64,000 bases of DNA from an uncultured Fibrobacter sp. (GTDB lineage: Bacteria > Fibrobacterota > Fibrobacteria > Fibrobacterales > Fibrobacteraceae): assembly GCA_964501065.1 (NCBI GenBank), contig CAZCRF010000006.1, positions 204 through 64,203 of the forward strand. The letters are read 5' to 3'. The notes below the pieces were generated by a model, which had not been told where the DNA came from, did not search any database, and worked only from the letters and a program-made list of their open reading frames with translations. The position numbers and the translations under genes were made by a program. Each line of letters starts with the position of its first letter. The first letter of the stretch is position 1. Positions 27,228-36,290 of the stretch are shown piece after piece.

Positions 27228-28643
27228 ATGATTCTTGTACGATATGTGCTGAAGGAACACCTCGCGCCCTTTTTGCTGGCGTTGTTCGTCATCACGTTCC
27301 TCTTCGTCGTGGATTTTCTCGTGACGATTTTGGACAATGTCCTTTCGAAGGGGCTGCCCGCTTCGACAGTCCTTGAAATATTCCTGTTGAACATCGCCTG
27401 GATGCTCTCCCTTTCGATTCCGATGGCGGTCCTTGTCGCGTGTCTCATGGCCTTCGGGCGGCTTTCCGGGGATCAGGAGATAACGGCGATGAAGGCGGCG
27501 GGGGTTTCGCCTTTGGCCATCGTGCGCCCCGTTTTGCTTGTCGGCCTGTTGGTCTCGGAGCTTTTGATTCTTTTCAACAATTGGATCTTGCCGGAGGCGA
27601 ATCACAGATCCGTGGCGCTGATGAGTGCCGTTTCCCGGAAGAAGCCGCACGCATTCGTCGATGCCGGAAAGTTGATAACGCAGTTCCCGGGAGTCCAATT
27701 GTGGGTCGATCGGATTGATCCGTCTTCGGGGACTTTGTATGGAGTCCAGATTTTTGAAACGGGCGGGAAGGGGCCGCCGCGCGTCGTGATCGCGGATAGT
27801 GCGACGATGGATTACGTCGACAACGGGATGACGCTGATGCTCCGTCTGAAGAGCGGGGAAAACCATATGGTGGACAAGGACAATCCGGCGGATTACTTCC
27901 GCATCCGCTTCTCTTCGGAAGATTTTGCGATGAAAAACGTGAACGACCGGTTGGAGCGTCGCGACCGCAAGCACAGGAGTGACCGGGAAATGCCTGTCGA
28001 AATGATGCTCGAAGTCATCGGGGAAGCGGAAAAGAACGAGGCGAAAATCGTCGAGGAGTCCCGCGAAACGCTCTTTCCCGAACTGATCCGCATGAAAGGG
28101 CTTGTCTCCGGGGATTCCGTCGTGCCCCGTGACGGGAAGTGGAATTTGCCCCTCGATTCCGCGCGGCACGCGCGCGCCCTGCGGGACGTCTCCGTGTCCG
28201 AGAAAACGCGGGAACGCCTGGTCCACAGGACGGTGGAACGCGTCTTGAACGAACGGAAGCGCCAGGCGCAGTATTGGGTCGAAGTCCACAAGAAGTTCAG
28301 CACGAGCGTCGCGTGCGTCGTCTTCGTGCTGATTGGCGCCCCCCTCGGCATCATGGCGCGGAAGGGGGGAATCGGCACGGGCATCATTTACAGCATCGCG
28401 TTCTTCGTCCTCTATTGGGTCTGCCTCATCGGCGGGGAAAACTTGGCCGACCGTTTGATGGTCTCGCCCGTGCTCGCCATGTGGATTTCGAACGTCATCA
28501 TCGGGGCTTTTGGAATCCTCTTCATGTGGAAGATGTATCGCGACCGCTATTCCGGGACGACTCCCGTGGGGCATGTCAAGAACCTTTTCCGCCGGATTTC
28601 GGGAAAATTCAAGCGCAGGAAGTCGCCGGAGGGCTCGGCGTGA
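27228..28643 (+). CDS. lptF: LPS export ABC permease LptF
   Basis: LSIPMAVL...FGRLSGDQEITAMKAAGVS, EVHKKFS and GAPLGI. Six-TM LptF/G layout. Confidence 0.88.
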   Translation: MILVRYVLKEHLAPFLLALFVITFLFVVDFLVTILDNVLSKGLPASTVLEIFLLNIAWMLSLSIPMAVLVACLMAFGRLSGDQEITAMKAAGVSPLAIVRPVLLVGLLVSELLILFNNWILPEANHRSVALMSAVSRKKPHAFVDAGKLITQFPGVQLWVDRIDPSSGTLYGVQIFETGGKGPPRVVIADSATMDYVDNGMTLMLRLKSGENHMVDKDNPADYFRIRFSSEDFAMKNVNDRLERRDRKHRSDREMPVEMMLEVIGEAEKNEAKIVEESRETLFPELIRMKGLVSGDSVVPRDGKWNLPLDSARHARALRDVSVSEKTRERLVHRTVERVLNERKRQAQYWVEVHKKFSTSVACVVFVLIGAPLGIMARKGGIGTGIIYSIAFFVLYWVCLIGGENLADRLMVSPVLAMWISNVIIGAFGILFMWKMYRDRYSGTTPVGHVKNLFRRISGKFKRRKSPEGSA

Positions 28644-29887
28644 AGTTCTCGAGGTATCTGGTCGTACATTTTTTGAAGATGTTTCTGCTGGTGCTCCTCG
28701 GGGCCGTCTTCATGTTCATCGTCATCGATTTCGTGGGGAATATCCGCACTTGGCTTGCCCGTGACCTGTCCGATGTCCGCGAATACTATCTGGCCTACTT
28801 GCCCTACATCGTCTATTTGGTGACTCCCGTCGCCCTCTTCATCGGCATTGTCGCTTCGGTGGGGAACATGTCCCGGCACTTGGAATTCATGGCCATCCAG
28901 CAATCGGGTAGAAGCCCGTTCCGCGCCCTTTTCCCGGTCTTTTTCGTCGGTGCGGCGGTCACGCTCTTTTCCTTTTACTTGGATGCCGAAGTCTTGCCGG
29001 ATGCGAACCACGAGCGTTACAAAATCATGGAGCCGATGGCGCAGCAACGCCGCGATCCGAGGATCAAGGACAAGCGGGACTTCGTTTACATTTCCGGGGA
29101 CAAGACCAGTTGGTTCATGCGCTCTTACGGCGGAAGCGCAAGGCTCGGGCGCGACGTCGTGCTGCTGGTTTACCGCGACGGGAATCTTTACGAACGCTTT
29201 GACGCGCGCCGTCTGCGCTGGATGGATCCGGACACGGTTTGGAAACAGGAGGCCGCTCCCCCCGTGGCTTTCCGCAAAAAGGCCCGCGCCCGCGAACGGG
29301 GAAGCCTTTTTTCCGACTCGACGGATCTCAACGGGAATTCTTCGGATGGCGTGGAAAGTTCCTCGTCAAAAGCGGAAGTGGAGAGCATCGTGCCGGGGTA
29401 TTGGCGGCTCGAAGACGGCTATAGCCGAACCTTTTTGAACGACGGGACCGTTCAAGTGAGGCGTTTTTCCCGAGAGAGCCTGAAGGGGAAAACGGAGATT
29501 CTCCCGGAGGATTTTTTGGATGAACGGCAGCGCGGCGACGAAATGGATGCGAAGACCATTTTGCGCAAGATAGAAGTGCAGAAGCGTTCCGGGGAGAAGA
29601 CCAGCAAACTCGAAACGGCTTATTACTTCAAGTTTTCCGGGTCGGTCATGAATTTCATCGTCTTGTTGATTGGGGCGGCCCTTGCGCACAGGTTCAATCG
29701 GAATGGAGGGCTTTCTCAAAAATTCGGGGTTGGGATTTTGCTCGTGTTTAGCTATTATGTTGTCATTCGGATTGGGCTGAAGATGGGTGAAAACGGTGCG
29801 CTGAATCCCATGCTCGGGGCCTGGATCGGGCACATCCTTTTTGCGGTCGTCGCCGTGTGGATGTTGCACCGCTCATTCCGTTTGTAA
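28640..29887 (+). CDS. lptG: LPS export ABC permease LptG
   Basis: GTG start overlapping the lptF stop. GNMSRHLEFMAIQQSGRS, YYFKFS and GLSQKFGVG. Confidence 0.85.
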   Translation: MKFSRYLVVHFLKMFLLVLLGAVFMFIVIDFVGNIRTWLARDLSDVREYYLAYLPYIVYLVTPVALFIGIVASVGNMSRHLEFMAIQQSGRSPFRALFPVFFVGAAVTLFSFYLDAEVLPDANHERYKIMEPMAQQRRDPRIKDKRDFVYISGDKTSWFMRSYGGSARLGRDVVLLVYRDGNLYERFDARRLRWMDPDTVWKQEAAPPVAFRKKARARERGSLFSDSTDLNGNSSDGVESSSSKAEVESIVPGYWRLEDGYSRTFLNDGTVQVRRFSRESLKGKTEILPEDFLDERQRGDEMDAKTILRKIEVQKRSGEKTSKLETAYYFKFSGSVMNFIVLLIGAALAHRFNRNGGLSQKFGVGILLVFSYYVVIRIGLKMGENGALNPMLGAWIGHILFAVVAVWMLHRSFRL

Positions 29888-29905
29888 CAGATCGGTCGGT
29901 GGTTT

Positions 29906-31822
29906 ATGTTGTCTGAGCTTCTCTATATCGTTTCCGGTTTTTTGCTGGGTCTTGCCTTTCAAGGCGGGCTGTTCCTATTTCTCATCCCCTTTGCGCTTGT
30001 CGGCGTGATTCTCGCGCGGCTGAACAGCCCGAGCCTTCCCGATTCGGACACGAAGGCGACAGTCCCCATTTTGCGCGCGAATCGGCAGACGGATGCAGTG
30101 GAAGTCGGGCGCATCCTGCGCCCCGCGATGACGCAGACGGGAATCGTCTTGGCGGCGAAGGATACGTTCACCGCCTTTCCGGGCGAGGGGGAAGCCGCCT
30201 TCGACAAGCTCAAGGACAATGAAATTTGGCAAAAGCTCGAGAGCGATTTGGATCCCGTCTATCTAGGCGTCTTGCGTTCCCTTGAAAAGCTCATCCCCAA
30301 GGCGCATTCCGTCCTCTTCTTCTTGAAGTCGGGCGACGGAAGGGCTTTCCGCATCCGCCAATTCGCGTCCCTGTCGGAAGATTCCGTGAACAGGTCCGTC
30401 TTGATTCCCGACGGTTCCGGTGTCGTCGGGCAGCTGGCCGGTCGCGACCTTTTGCGCATTTTGGAGGGCGACTTGCCTAGCGGAAAGAGCTTGGGGTATT
30501 ATGTGGGGATTCCGCCCGTCCATTCTGTCGCCGGGGTTCCCCTCTTCAACGGCAAGAAGGAGCGGGTCGGCGCCCTTGTCGTCGATTCGGAAGAAAGGAG
30601 CGCGTTCGGGGCGGACATCATCCCGGTCTTGGAAAATTTTGCAGCCATGTTTTACATGCTCACCTACAAGAGTTTCGCTTCGGCTTCGAATTTCCGCGAG
30701 AAGAAGAAGTTTTACGAACTTGCCGCCTACCAGCAGAAGTTCTTCAAGACGACCCTCCTCCGCGACACCTACAAGGAAATTTTCGATTACGTCAGCCGCA
30801 ATTTCCAGGCGGATCGCATCATGATTTTGGTCTTTGACCTGCCGGACAAGGCCGCGCAATCGCACAATTCGTCGGAGAAGGAATTGGGGACTGTCGCCTT
30901 TTGCCGCGGGGAGGACGAATCCAGCTTTGAAGGAATGCATTTTTCCCTTTCCGACAAGGGCATCTTGCCGCTTTCGATGATGCAGCATACGGCGACGGAG
31001 CGCGTCTTCAGCGGGCGCGTGTCCGATTACGTCCCGCGCTTGAACGACGGCGAAGTCCGCAACCACTCGCTGCGCTATCTCTTTGTGCAACCCAGCTCCA
31101 TGACGATGCGGAACGCCGCCTTGAACGAGCCTTCGGAATTGGCCATTTGCCTGGAACGCCGTTACCCGGAAAAGCTCGGGCAACTCGAAAAGGACTTGCT
31201 CCGATTCGTTGTGAACATCGCCTATTTCGCCTACCAGCGCGGCAAACAATTTGAACATGAGCAGTTCGCCATTTACCACGACGAGTTGACGGGGCTTTTG
31301 AACAGGCGCACGATTGACGAGGAAGTCGCCAAGTTGAATCAAGTCCACCAGGTGAAGAACGTCGGCGTGATGATGATGGACATCGACCACTTCAAGAAAT
31401 TCAACGACACCTACGGGCATGCCGCCGGGGATATCGTGTTGAAGGAAGTCGCCGCGCGCATTTCGTCCGTTGCGGAGAGGGGGGACAATCTTTTGGCGAG
31501 ATACGGCGGCGAGGAATTCTTTGTCGCGATGCCGGGAGCGACGGAAAAATCCCTTTTGGACACGGCGGAGCGGATTCGCCTGGCCGTGTGCTCGAAGCCG
31601 TTCGACTTGCACCAAGGTTCGCCGATAGACGTCTCGGTGAGCATCGGATGTTTTTTGGCGGCGGAAGATTTTCACGGGGAAATGACGCGGGCCGTCCATT
31701 ATGCGGATGACGCGCTTTACAAGGCGAAGGAAAGCGGCAGGAACCGTGTCGTCCGCTACGAAAGCCGCCTTGAGGATGACTTCTCGGAAGATTCGGGCGA
31801 GCGGGATGTCCCGGGAGAATAG
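29906..31822 (+). CDS. Membrane-anchored GAF-domain diguanylate cyclase
   Basis: DELTGLLNRR, DIDHFKKFNDTYGHAAGD, ARYGGEEF and ADDALYKAKESGRN. Two GAF-like segments. Confidence 0.93.
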   Translation: MLSELLYIVSGFLLGLAFQGGLFLFLIPFALVGVILARLNSPSLPDSDTKATVPILRANRQTDAVEVGRILRPAMTQTGIVLAAKDTFTAFPGEGEAAFDKLKDNEIWQKLESDLDPVYLGVLRSLEKLIPKAHSVLFFLKSGDGRAFRIRQFASLSEDSVNRSVLIPDGSGVVGQLAGRDLLRILEGDLPSGKSLGYYVGIPPVHSVAGVPLFNGKKERVGALVVDSEERSAFGADIIPVLENFAAMFYMLTYKSFASASNFREKKKFYELAAYQQKFFKTTLLRDTYKEIFDYVSRNFQADRIMILVFDLPDKAAQSHNSSEKELGTVAFCRGEDESSFEGMHFSLSDKGILPLSMMQHTATERVFSGRVSDYVPRLNDGEVRNHSLRYLFVQPSSMTMRNAALNEPSELAICLERRYPEKLGQLEKDLLRFVVNIAYFAYQRGKQFEHEQFAIYHDELTGLLNRRTIDEEVAKLNQVHQVKNVGVMMMDIDHFKKFNDTYGHAAGDIVLKEVAARISSVAERGDNLLARYGGEEFFVAMPGATEKSLLDTAERIRLAVCSKPFDLHQGSPIDVSVSIGCFLAAEDFHGEMTRAVHYADDALYKAKESGRNRVVRYESRLEDDFSEDSGERDVPGE

Positions 31823-31825
31823 CTG

Positions 31826-33298
31826 ATGTTCACCTTGTTGGATTGGATTATTCTGGCGGCTTACATCCTGCTCTCCGTGGCTGTCGGGCTTTGGGCTTCC
31901 CGTGGGCGGAAAAATTACGGGGAATACATGCGGGGCGGCGGATCGATGCCGTGGATTGCCGTCGGCATCAGCTTGATCGCGACTTCCGTCAGCGCGACGA
32001 CTTTTCTCGGGAATCCGGCGGAGTCTTACTTGAACGACATGAGCTTCCTCATGAACAACGCAGGTGCGTTGATCGCCATCGGAGTCGTCGGATGGGTCTT
32101 CATCCCGAGAATCCGTGCGGCGAAGATTTCTAGCGCTTACGAACTTTTCGAAGTGCGCTTCTCCCCGGGAGTCCGGCGATTGGCGGCCGTCTTTTACTGC
32201 CTGCACTTGCTGCTTCGGATGGGAATCCTCTTGTATGCGCCGTCCTTGGTGCTCGCTCCCATCTTGGGAATCGACATTCGGCTGGCCATTTTGATCACGG
32301 CTGCGGTTTCCACCCTTTACACTTGGTTTGGCGGATTCAAGGCGGTCGTCTGGACGGATGTGATGCAATTTGCAGTCCTTTTCGGCGGCGGAGTCTTTGC
32401 CCTCTGGGTCTTGTCCCGCGGAGTCGGCGGCTTCGATGCGATGTTTGAAATGGCGGCCGCGGCGGGGAAAACGAAGTTCTTCGACGCCTTGGACTGGAAT
32501 CCGGCGAATGCGCGCAATTTGCTTTCGGCGGGAATCGCCTATGCGTTCACGGAAATTTCCATCCGCGGCTGCGACCAGCAATTCGTGCAACGTTACTTGA
32601 GCTGCGATTCGGTGAAGTCGGCGAACGCGTCGAGCGTCCTCAGCATGGTGCTCGGCGTCTTTGTCTCGGTTCTCTTCTTTCTAGTCGGTGCGGGGCTTTT
32701 TGTGTATTATCGGGTGGCGGCTGTCCATCCGCTTCCCGCCTCGATTGCCCCGAACGAAGTCTTCCCTTATTTCATCGTGCACTCCCTTCCCGCCGGAGCC
32801 ACGGGGCTTGTCGTCGCCGCCATTTACGCTGCGGCGATGAGCAGCCTTTCGAGCGCCATCAATGCGCTCGGGAACACGACCGTGAAAGACATTTTGCTGG
32901 TCCGGTCGGAAAGCGCGGCGACCTTGTCGAAGGCGCGACTGTGGACCGTGCTCTGGGCGCTTCTCAGCACGGGGGCGGCTTTCCTCGCCGTTTCGATGCA
33001 GAGCGATTCCCTCTTGAAAAGCGCGCTCTTTTTCACGGGACTTTTTACGGGGCCTCTCCTCGCCCTGTTCCTCCTCGCCTTCTTCGCTCCCAAATTGAAG
33101 ACTTGGCAAATCTGTGCGGGAGTCTGTTGTGGAATGCTCTCCATTTTGCTTTTCAACCGGATACCGGCCGTCCCCGCATACCGTCCGCCGTTGGACGGGA
33201 TGCTCTGCTTCTTCTGGAATCCGGTCGTTTCCTGTATCGTGACGTTTTTCATTTCCCGGGGGGTGGGGCTTTTTCGGCGAGGTTCACATGACGGATGA
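31826..33298 (+). CDS. Sodium:solute symporter (SSS family)
   Basis: SLIATSVSATTFLG, GGFKAVVWTDVMQ, DQQFVQRYL and AAAMSSLSSAINAL. Confidence 0.93.
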   Translation: MFTLLDWIILAAYILLSVAVGLWASRGRKNYGEYMRGGGSMPWIAVGISLIATSVSATTFLGNPAESYLNDMSFLMNNAGALIAIGVVGWVFIPRIRAAKISSAYELFEVRFSPGVRRLAAVFYCLHLLLRMGILLYAPSLVLAPILGIDIRLAILITAAVSTLYTWFGGFKAVVWTDVMQFAVLFGGGVFALWVLSRGVGGFDAMFEMAAAAGKTKFFDALDWNPANARNLLSAGIAYAFTEISIRGCDQQFVQRYLSCDSVKSANASSVLSMVLGVFVSVLFFLVGAGLFVYYRVAAVHPLPASIAPNEVFPYFIVHSLPAGATGLVVAAIYAAAMSSLSSAINALGNTTVKDILLVRSESAATLSKARLWTVLWALLSTGAAFLAVSMQSDSLLKSALFFTGLFTGPLLALFLLAFFAPKLKTWQICAGVCCGMLSILLFNRIPAVPAYRPPLDGMLCFFWNPVVSCIVTFFISRGVGLFRRGSHDG

Positions 33299-33791
33299 AG
33301 AAGATTTGCGTTGGATGGATGCGGCTCTCCGCGAAGCGGCGCGCGCTTACGATTTGGGGGAAGTCCCCGTCGGGGCCGTCATCGTCAAGGACGGCAGGTG
33401 CATCGCCCGCGGATTCAACCAGGTGGAATCCTTGAAAGACGCGACGGCCCATGCGGAAATCATCGCCATCGGAGCCGCGTCTGCGTCCCTTGAAAATTGG
33501 AGACTCGACGGGACGACTTTGTATGTGACTCTCGAACCTTGCCCCATGTGCGCGGGGGCAATCCTGAACAGCCGCGTCTCCCGCGTCGTTTACGGTTCTC
33601 CCGACACGCGCTTCGGCGGATGCGGCACGACCATCGACGTCCTGTCGGGCAATTCCTTGGGCCAAAAGGTGCAAGTGACCGGGGGCGTCAAGGCCGATGA
33701 ATGCCTGGGAATCTTGAAGGCCTTTTTCATGGAAATGCGCGAAAAGAAGGGCGATTCCGGGAAAAAACCGATGCGTCCGCCCCTTTCTTGA
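33288..33791 (+). CDS. tadA: tRNA adenosine(34) deaminase
   Basis: GEVPVGAV, TAHAE and TLEPCPMCAGA motifs. Confidence 0.95.
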   Translation: MTDEEDLRWMDAALREAARAYDLGEVPVGAVIVKDGRCIARGFNQVESLKDATAHAEIIAIGAASASLENWRLDGTTLYVTLEPCPMCAGAILNSRVSRVVYGSPDTRFGGCGTTIDVLSGNSLGQKVQVTGGVKADECLGILKAFFMEMREKKGDSGKKPMRPPLS

Positions 33792-33793
33792 AT

Positions 33794-33801
33794 TATTTTT
33801 G
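33794..33801 (+). promoter_or_regulatory. Putative -7 promoter element TATTTTTG, 4 nt before ATG 33806
   Basis: TATTTTTG-CCAT-ATG has the same geometry as the 13447 site. Confidence 0.55.
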
Positions 33802-33805
33802 CCAT

Positions 33806-34645
33806 ATGGTTCGTTCTGCCCTGTCGCTTTCGACTTTGATTTTGGCGTTGTCCTTGACCGCTTGCGATGATAGGACCGTCTCGCTTGGATTCAACACGCA
33901 AAATCCGACGCCGGACGATTACAGGTTGACCAGCTCTTTGCACGTCCTGCTTTCGCCGGATTCCGACAAGCAGTCGAGTCCCGAATCGATGAGTGCGAAT
34001 GTCGACGTCCAAGTGCATTCGGAACTCCTTTCCGCCTATGATGACGGTACGGGACGCTTCCTTCTCCGCGTGGATTCGGCGAACTATTCTTCGGACAGCC
34101 GCTCGGTGGAAGAAACGGACCACGTCGAGCGTTTTTTGAAAACTCAGGCCGTCCAATACAAAATGGGCGGCGACGGGGAGATGAGCGCTGTCCGGTTCGA
34201 CGACGTGGTCTCCTTCCCGGATATCGGCGACGTGGATATTCGGAACCTGTTCTTGAAAGTCCAGCCCATTTTGCCGGGCGCTCCCGTTTCCGTGGGGGAT
34301 TCGTGGGAACGCCAGCAGGCGATTGTCGGCGACGATGGCGGACAGAACGTCGTCTATAAGTGGTTCAAGCTTTCGGATGTCTTCGAAAAGGACGGGATTG
34401 AACTGGCGAAATTGGACATGAACGTCCGTTACCGGCAGCACGGCGAGGACGACGCGCAGATAACGGAAAGCCCGGACTTCGTCCTCGGCTCCGGGGTGAT
34501 CCTTTTCGACATCCGCGCGGGGAAGATTGTCGAAGGCGATTTGCAAATCGAGGGGCGCATCCGGGTGATAGAGAAGAAGTCGTCCGACACGATTCCGGAT
34601 TTGCGCGTGCGGCAGAAAATCTCCATCCGGAAGGTCGGCGGATGA
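33806..34645 (+). CDS. Hypothetical lipoprotein
   Basis: MVRSALSLSTLILALSLTAC lipobox. Beta-rich body. Confidence 0.8.
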   Translation: MVRSALSLSTLILALSLTACDDRTVSLGFNTQNPTPDDYRLTSSLHVLLSPDSDKQSSPESMSANVDVQVHSELLSAYDDGTGRFLLRVDSANYSSDSRSVEETDHVERFLKTQAVQYKMGGDGEMSAVRFDDVVSFPDIGDVDIRNLFLKVQPILPGAPVSVGDSWERQQAIVGDDGGQNVVYKWFKLSDVFEKDGIELAKLDMNVRYRQHGEDDAQITESPDFVLGSGVILFDIRAGKIVEGDLQIEGRIRVIEKKSSDTIPDLRVRQKISIRKVGG

Positions 34646-35388
34646 AGTTTTTTCCCTTTTTTCTGTTTGCCCTTGCCGGTTTCGCCCTTGCCGAAACGCC
34701 GTTCTCCGCGGCGAAGAATCACGATGAACCCCGTTCTGAAGTGACGCCGTTCCCCGCGGCGGAGAATCACAAGGTGTCCCTTTCGGAAGAATCCTCCCCA
34801 TACCTTCTCGAATCGAGCTTTGTCCTCGCGGAAGACGACACGCTTGAAGTCGGGCCGGGAGTGAAAGTCCTTTTCGGCGGCTATGCGCGGTTCTATTTGA
34901 GGGGGACAGTCCGGATCGAGGGGACGGCGGCGAAGCCCGTCGCCTTTTTGAACGCGGATTCGGCGGAATCCTGGAACGGGCTTTACATTTCGACGGGCGA
35001 GAATTTCTTCCATGCGAAGCACCTGCGGGTGGAGAAATCTTTTCGGAACACGGTCGTGCGTTCCCGTGGAATTTTCGAATCCGTCCGTTTTGAAAATAAT
35101 TATTACGGGCTTTGGTTTGAAAACTCTCCCCGGATGGAGCTTTCCGACTGCGAATTCCTGCAAAACCGCTTCGCCGTTTCGGTTGGAGTGGGCAAGGTGA
35201 AATTCCGGAATACCAAGATCCATGACAACATCTTCGGGATTTACCTTTATTCGGGGACGACCTTCGACGGCGACGCCGGGAGCGTCGTGAACAATTTGGA
35301 AGCGAATGTCCGGAAGGAGTCCGAATTCATCGGAAAGGGCCGCAAGATTTCCAAAGACGTCTGGCAGCGGATTGAGTCGAGCTTCTGA
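34642..35388 (+). CDS. Secreted right-handed parallel beta-helix repeat protein
   Basis: Signal peptide. LEVGPGVKVLF, GTAAKPVAF and WNGLYI, then repeated xxNxxGIYL-type coils. Confidence 0.75.
   Translation: MKFFPFFLFALAGFALAETPFSAAKNHDEPRSEVTPFPAAENHKVSLSEESSPYLLESSFVLAEDDTLEVGPGVKVLFGGYARFYLRGTVRIEGTAAKPVAFLNADSAESWNGLYISTGENFFHAKHLRVEKSFRNTVVRSRGIFESVRFENNYYGLWFENSPRMELSDCEFLQNRFAVSVGVGKVKFRNTKIHDNIFGIYLYSGTTFDGDAGSVVNNLEANVRKESEFIGKGRKISKDVWQRIESSF
34696..34770 (+). repeat. In-frame 27-bp direct duplication with 48-bp period
   Basis: acgccgttctccgcggcgaagaatcac (34696-34722) versus acgccgttccccgcggcggagaatcac (34744-34770), 25/27 identical. Confidence 0.85.
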
Positions 35389-35399
35389 GGGCGGGAATC

Positions 35400-36290
35400 G
35401 TGGAAGAGTCGTTTCGCAGGGCAATTCGGAAGATGACGGGAACCAGCCTTTTGGGCTTGGGCTTTTCCAAGGATCGCGCCGCTGAACTTTCGGAGCTTTC
35501 CCAGGCGATGGACGTGCGGTGGTCCATCGCTCTTTGCGAGCATTTGAACGCCGTGGAGTCGAACCCGGACGGAATGATGTCGGGCGGGGAATTGGTTTCG
35601 AACGGTTCTGCGGCATGGAAGCTTGCCGCCGAGGATTTTCCCGTCATTTTGGACGAATACCGTCAAAAGTTCGCCGAGTTCCGCGCCAAGTGGATGCAGC
35701 GGTTCTCGACGGATGAAATTTGCCGGATGTTGTTGCAGAATCAGTATCTCCTCCGGGACGATGAAGGCTGGTTCTACGCCGCTCCTGCGGAAAAGTTGCG
35801 CAACCTTTATTTTTCAACGGTCCATTTGATGGTGGGCGATGCCGAAAAGCTCCTGGTCAATTTGTCCGGTCGCGTGGAGCACATCCAAGAAAAGCTTTCC
35901 CGCCTCTGGTATCGGGAATGCGCACTCGACGCTTCGTCAAAGGTCTTGCCGACCATCGAAGCGTCCTTGCGTTCGGGGGAATACGCCCTGACTTCCCGTT
36001 TGAGGGCGTCCTTGGCCCAGGTCGCCCGGAAACGCTTCATGTCGGAATTCAAGCCGTCGCGGGAGCGGAAGCGGTTTGCCCAAGCGGATTCCTGCGCGAG
36101 GAGCGTGGGGGCGAACCTTTCGAACATCGCTTACGAAAATGCCTTTTTGGCTTTCACCGACGACTTTTGCGATTACGCTTGCGGCCTCACCCTGTTTTTA
36201 GGCGGATGGTATCGCGACAAGTGGCTTTTGTATCTGCGCGGGTTTTCGCGCGGGCAGCTCGACCTCTTTACCCCAAAAAACGTGGAATGA
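35400..36290 (+). CDS. Putative DUF3348-like protein (Zorya type III ZorF-like)
   Basis: ELSQAMDVRWSIALCEHLN and ALDASSKVLPTIEASL...LAQVARKRF echo DUF3348 segments as I recall them. First of four coupled genes. Start is GTG 35400 or ATG 35433. Confidence 0.55.
   Translation: MEESFRRAIRKMTGTSLLGLGFSKDRAAELSELSQAMDVRWSIALCEHLNAVESNPDGMMSGGELVSNGSAAWKLAAEDFPVILDEYRQKFAEFRAKWMQRFSTDEICRMLLQNQYLLRDDEGWFYAAPAEKLRNLYFSTVHLMVGDAEKLLVNLSGRVEHIQEKLSRLWYRECALDASSKVLPTIEASLRSGEYALTSRLRASLAQVARKRFMSEFKPSRERKRFAQADSCARSVGANLSNIAYENAFLAFTDDFCDYACGLTLFLGGWYRDKWLLYLRGFSRGQLDLFTPKNVE

Noticed and set aside
30263-32590. 775-aa minus-strand ORF, and similar long antisense ORFs at 36326-38611, 40527-42467, 48041-49948, 54292-56628, 57203-58603 and 61648-63492
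   Set aside because: Shadow frames opposite well-supported genes in GC-rich DNA. They have no recognisable motifs and biased composition.
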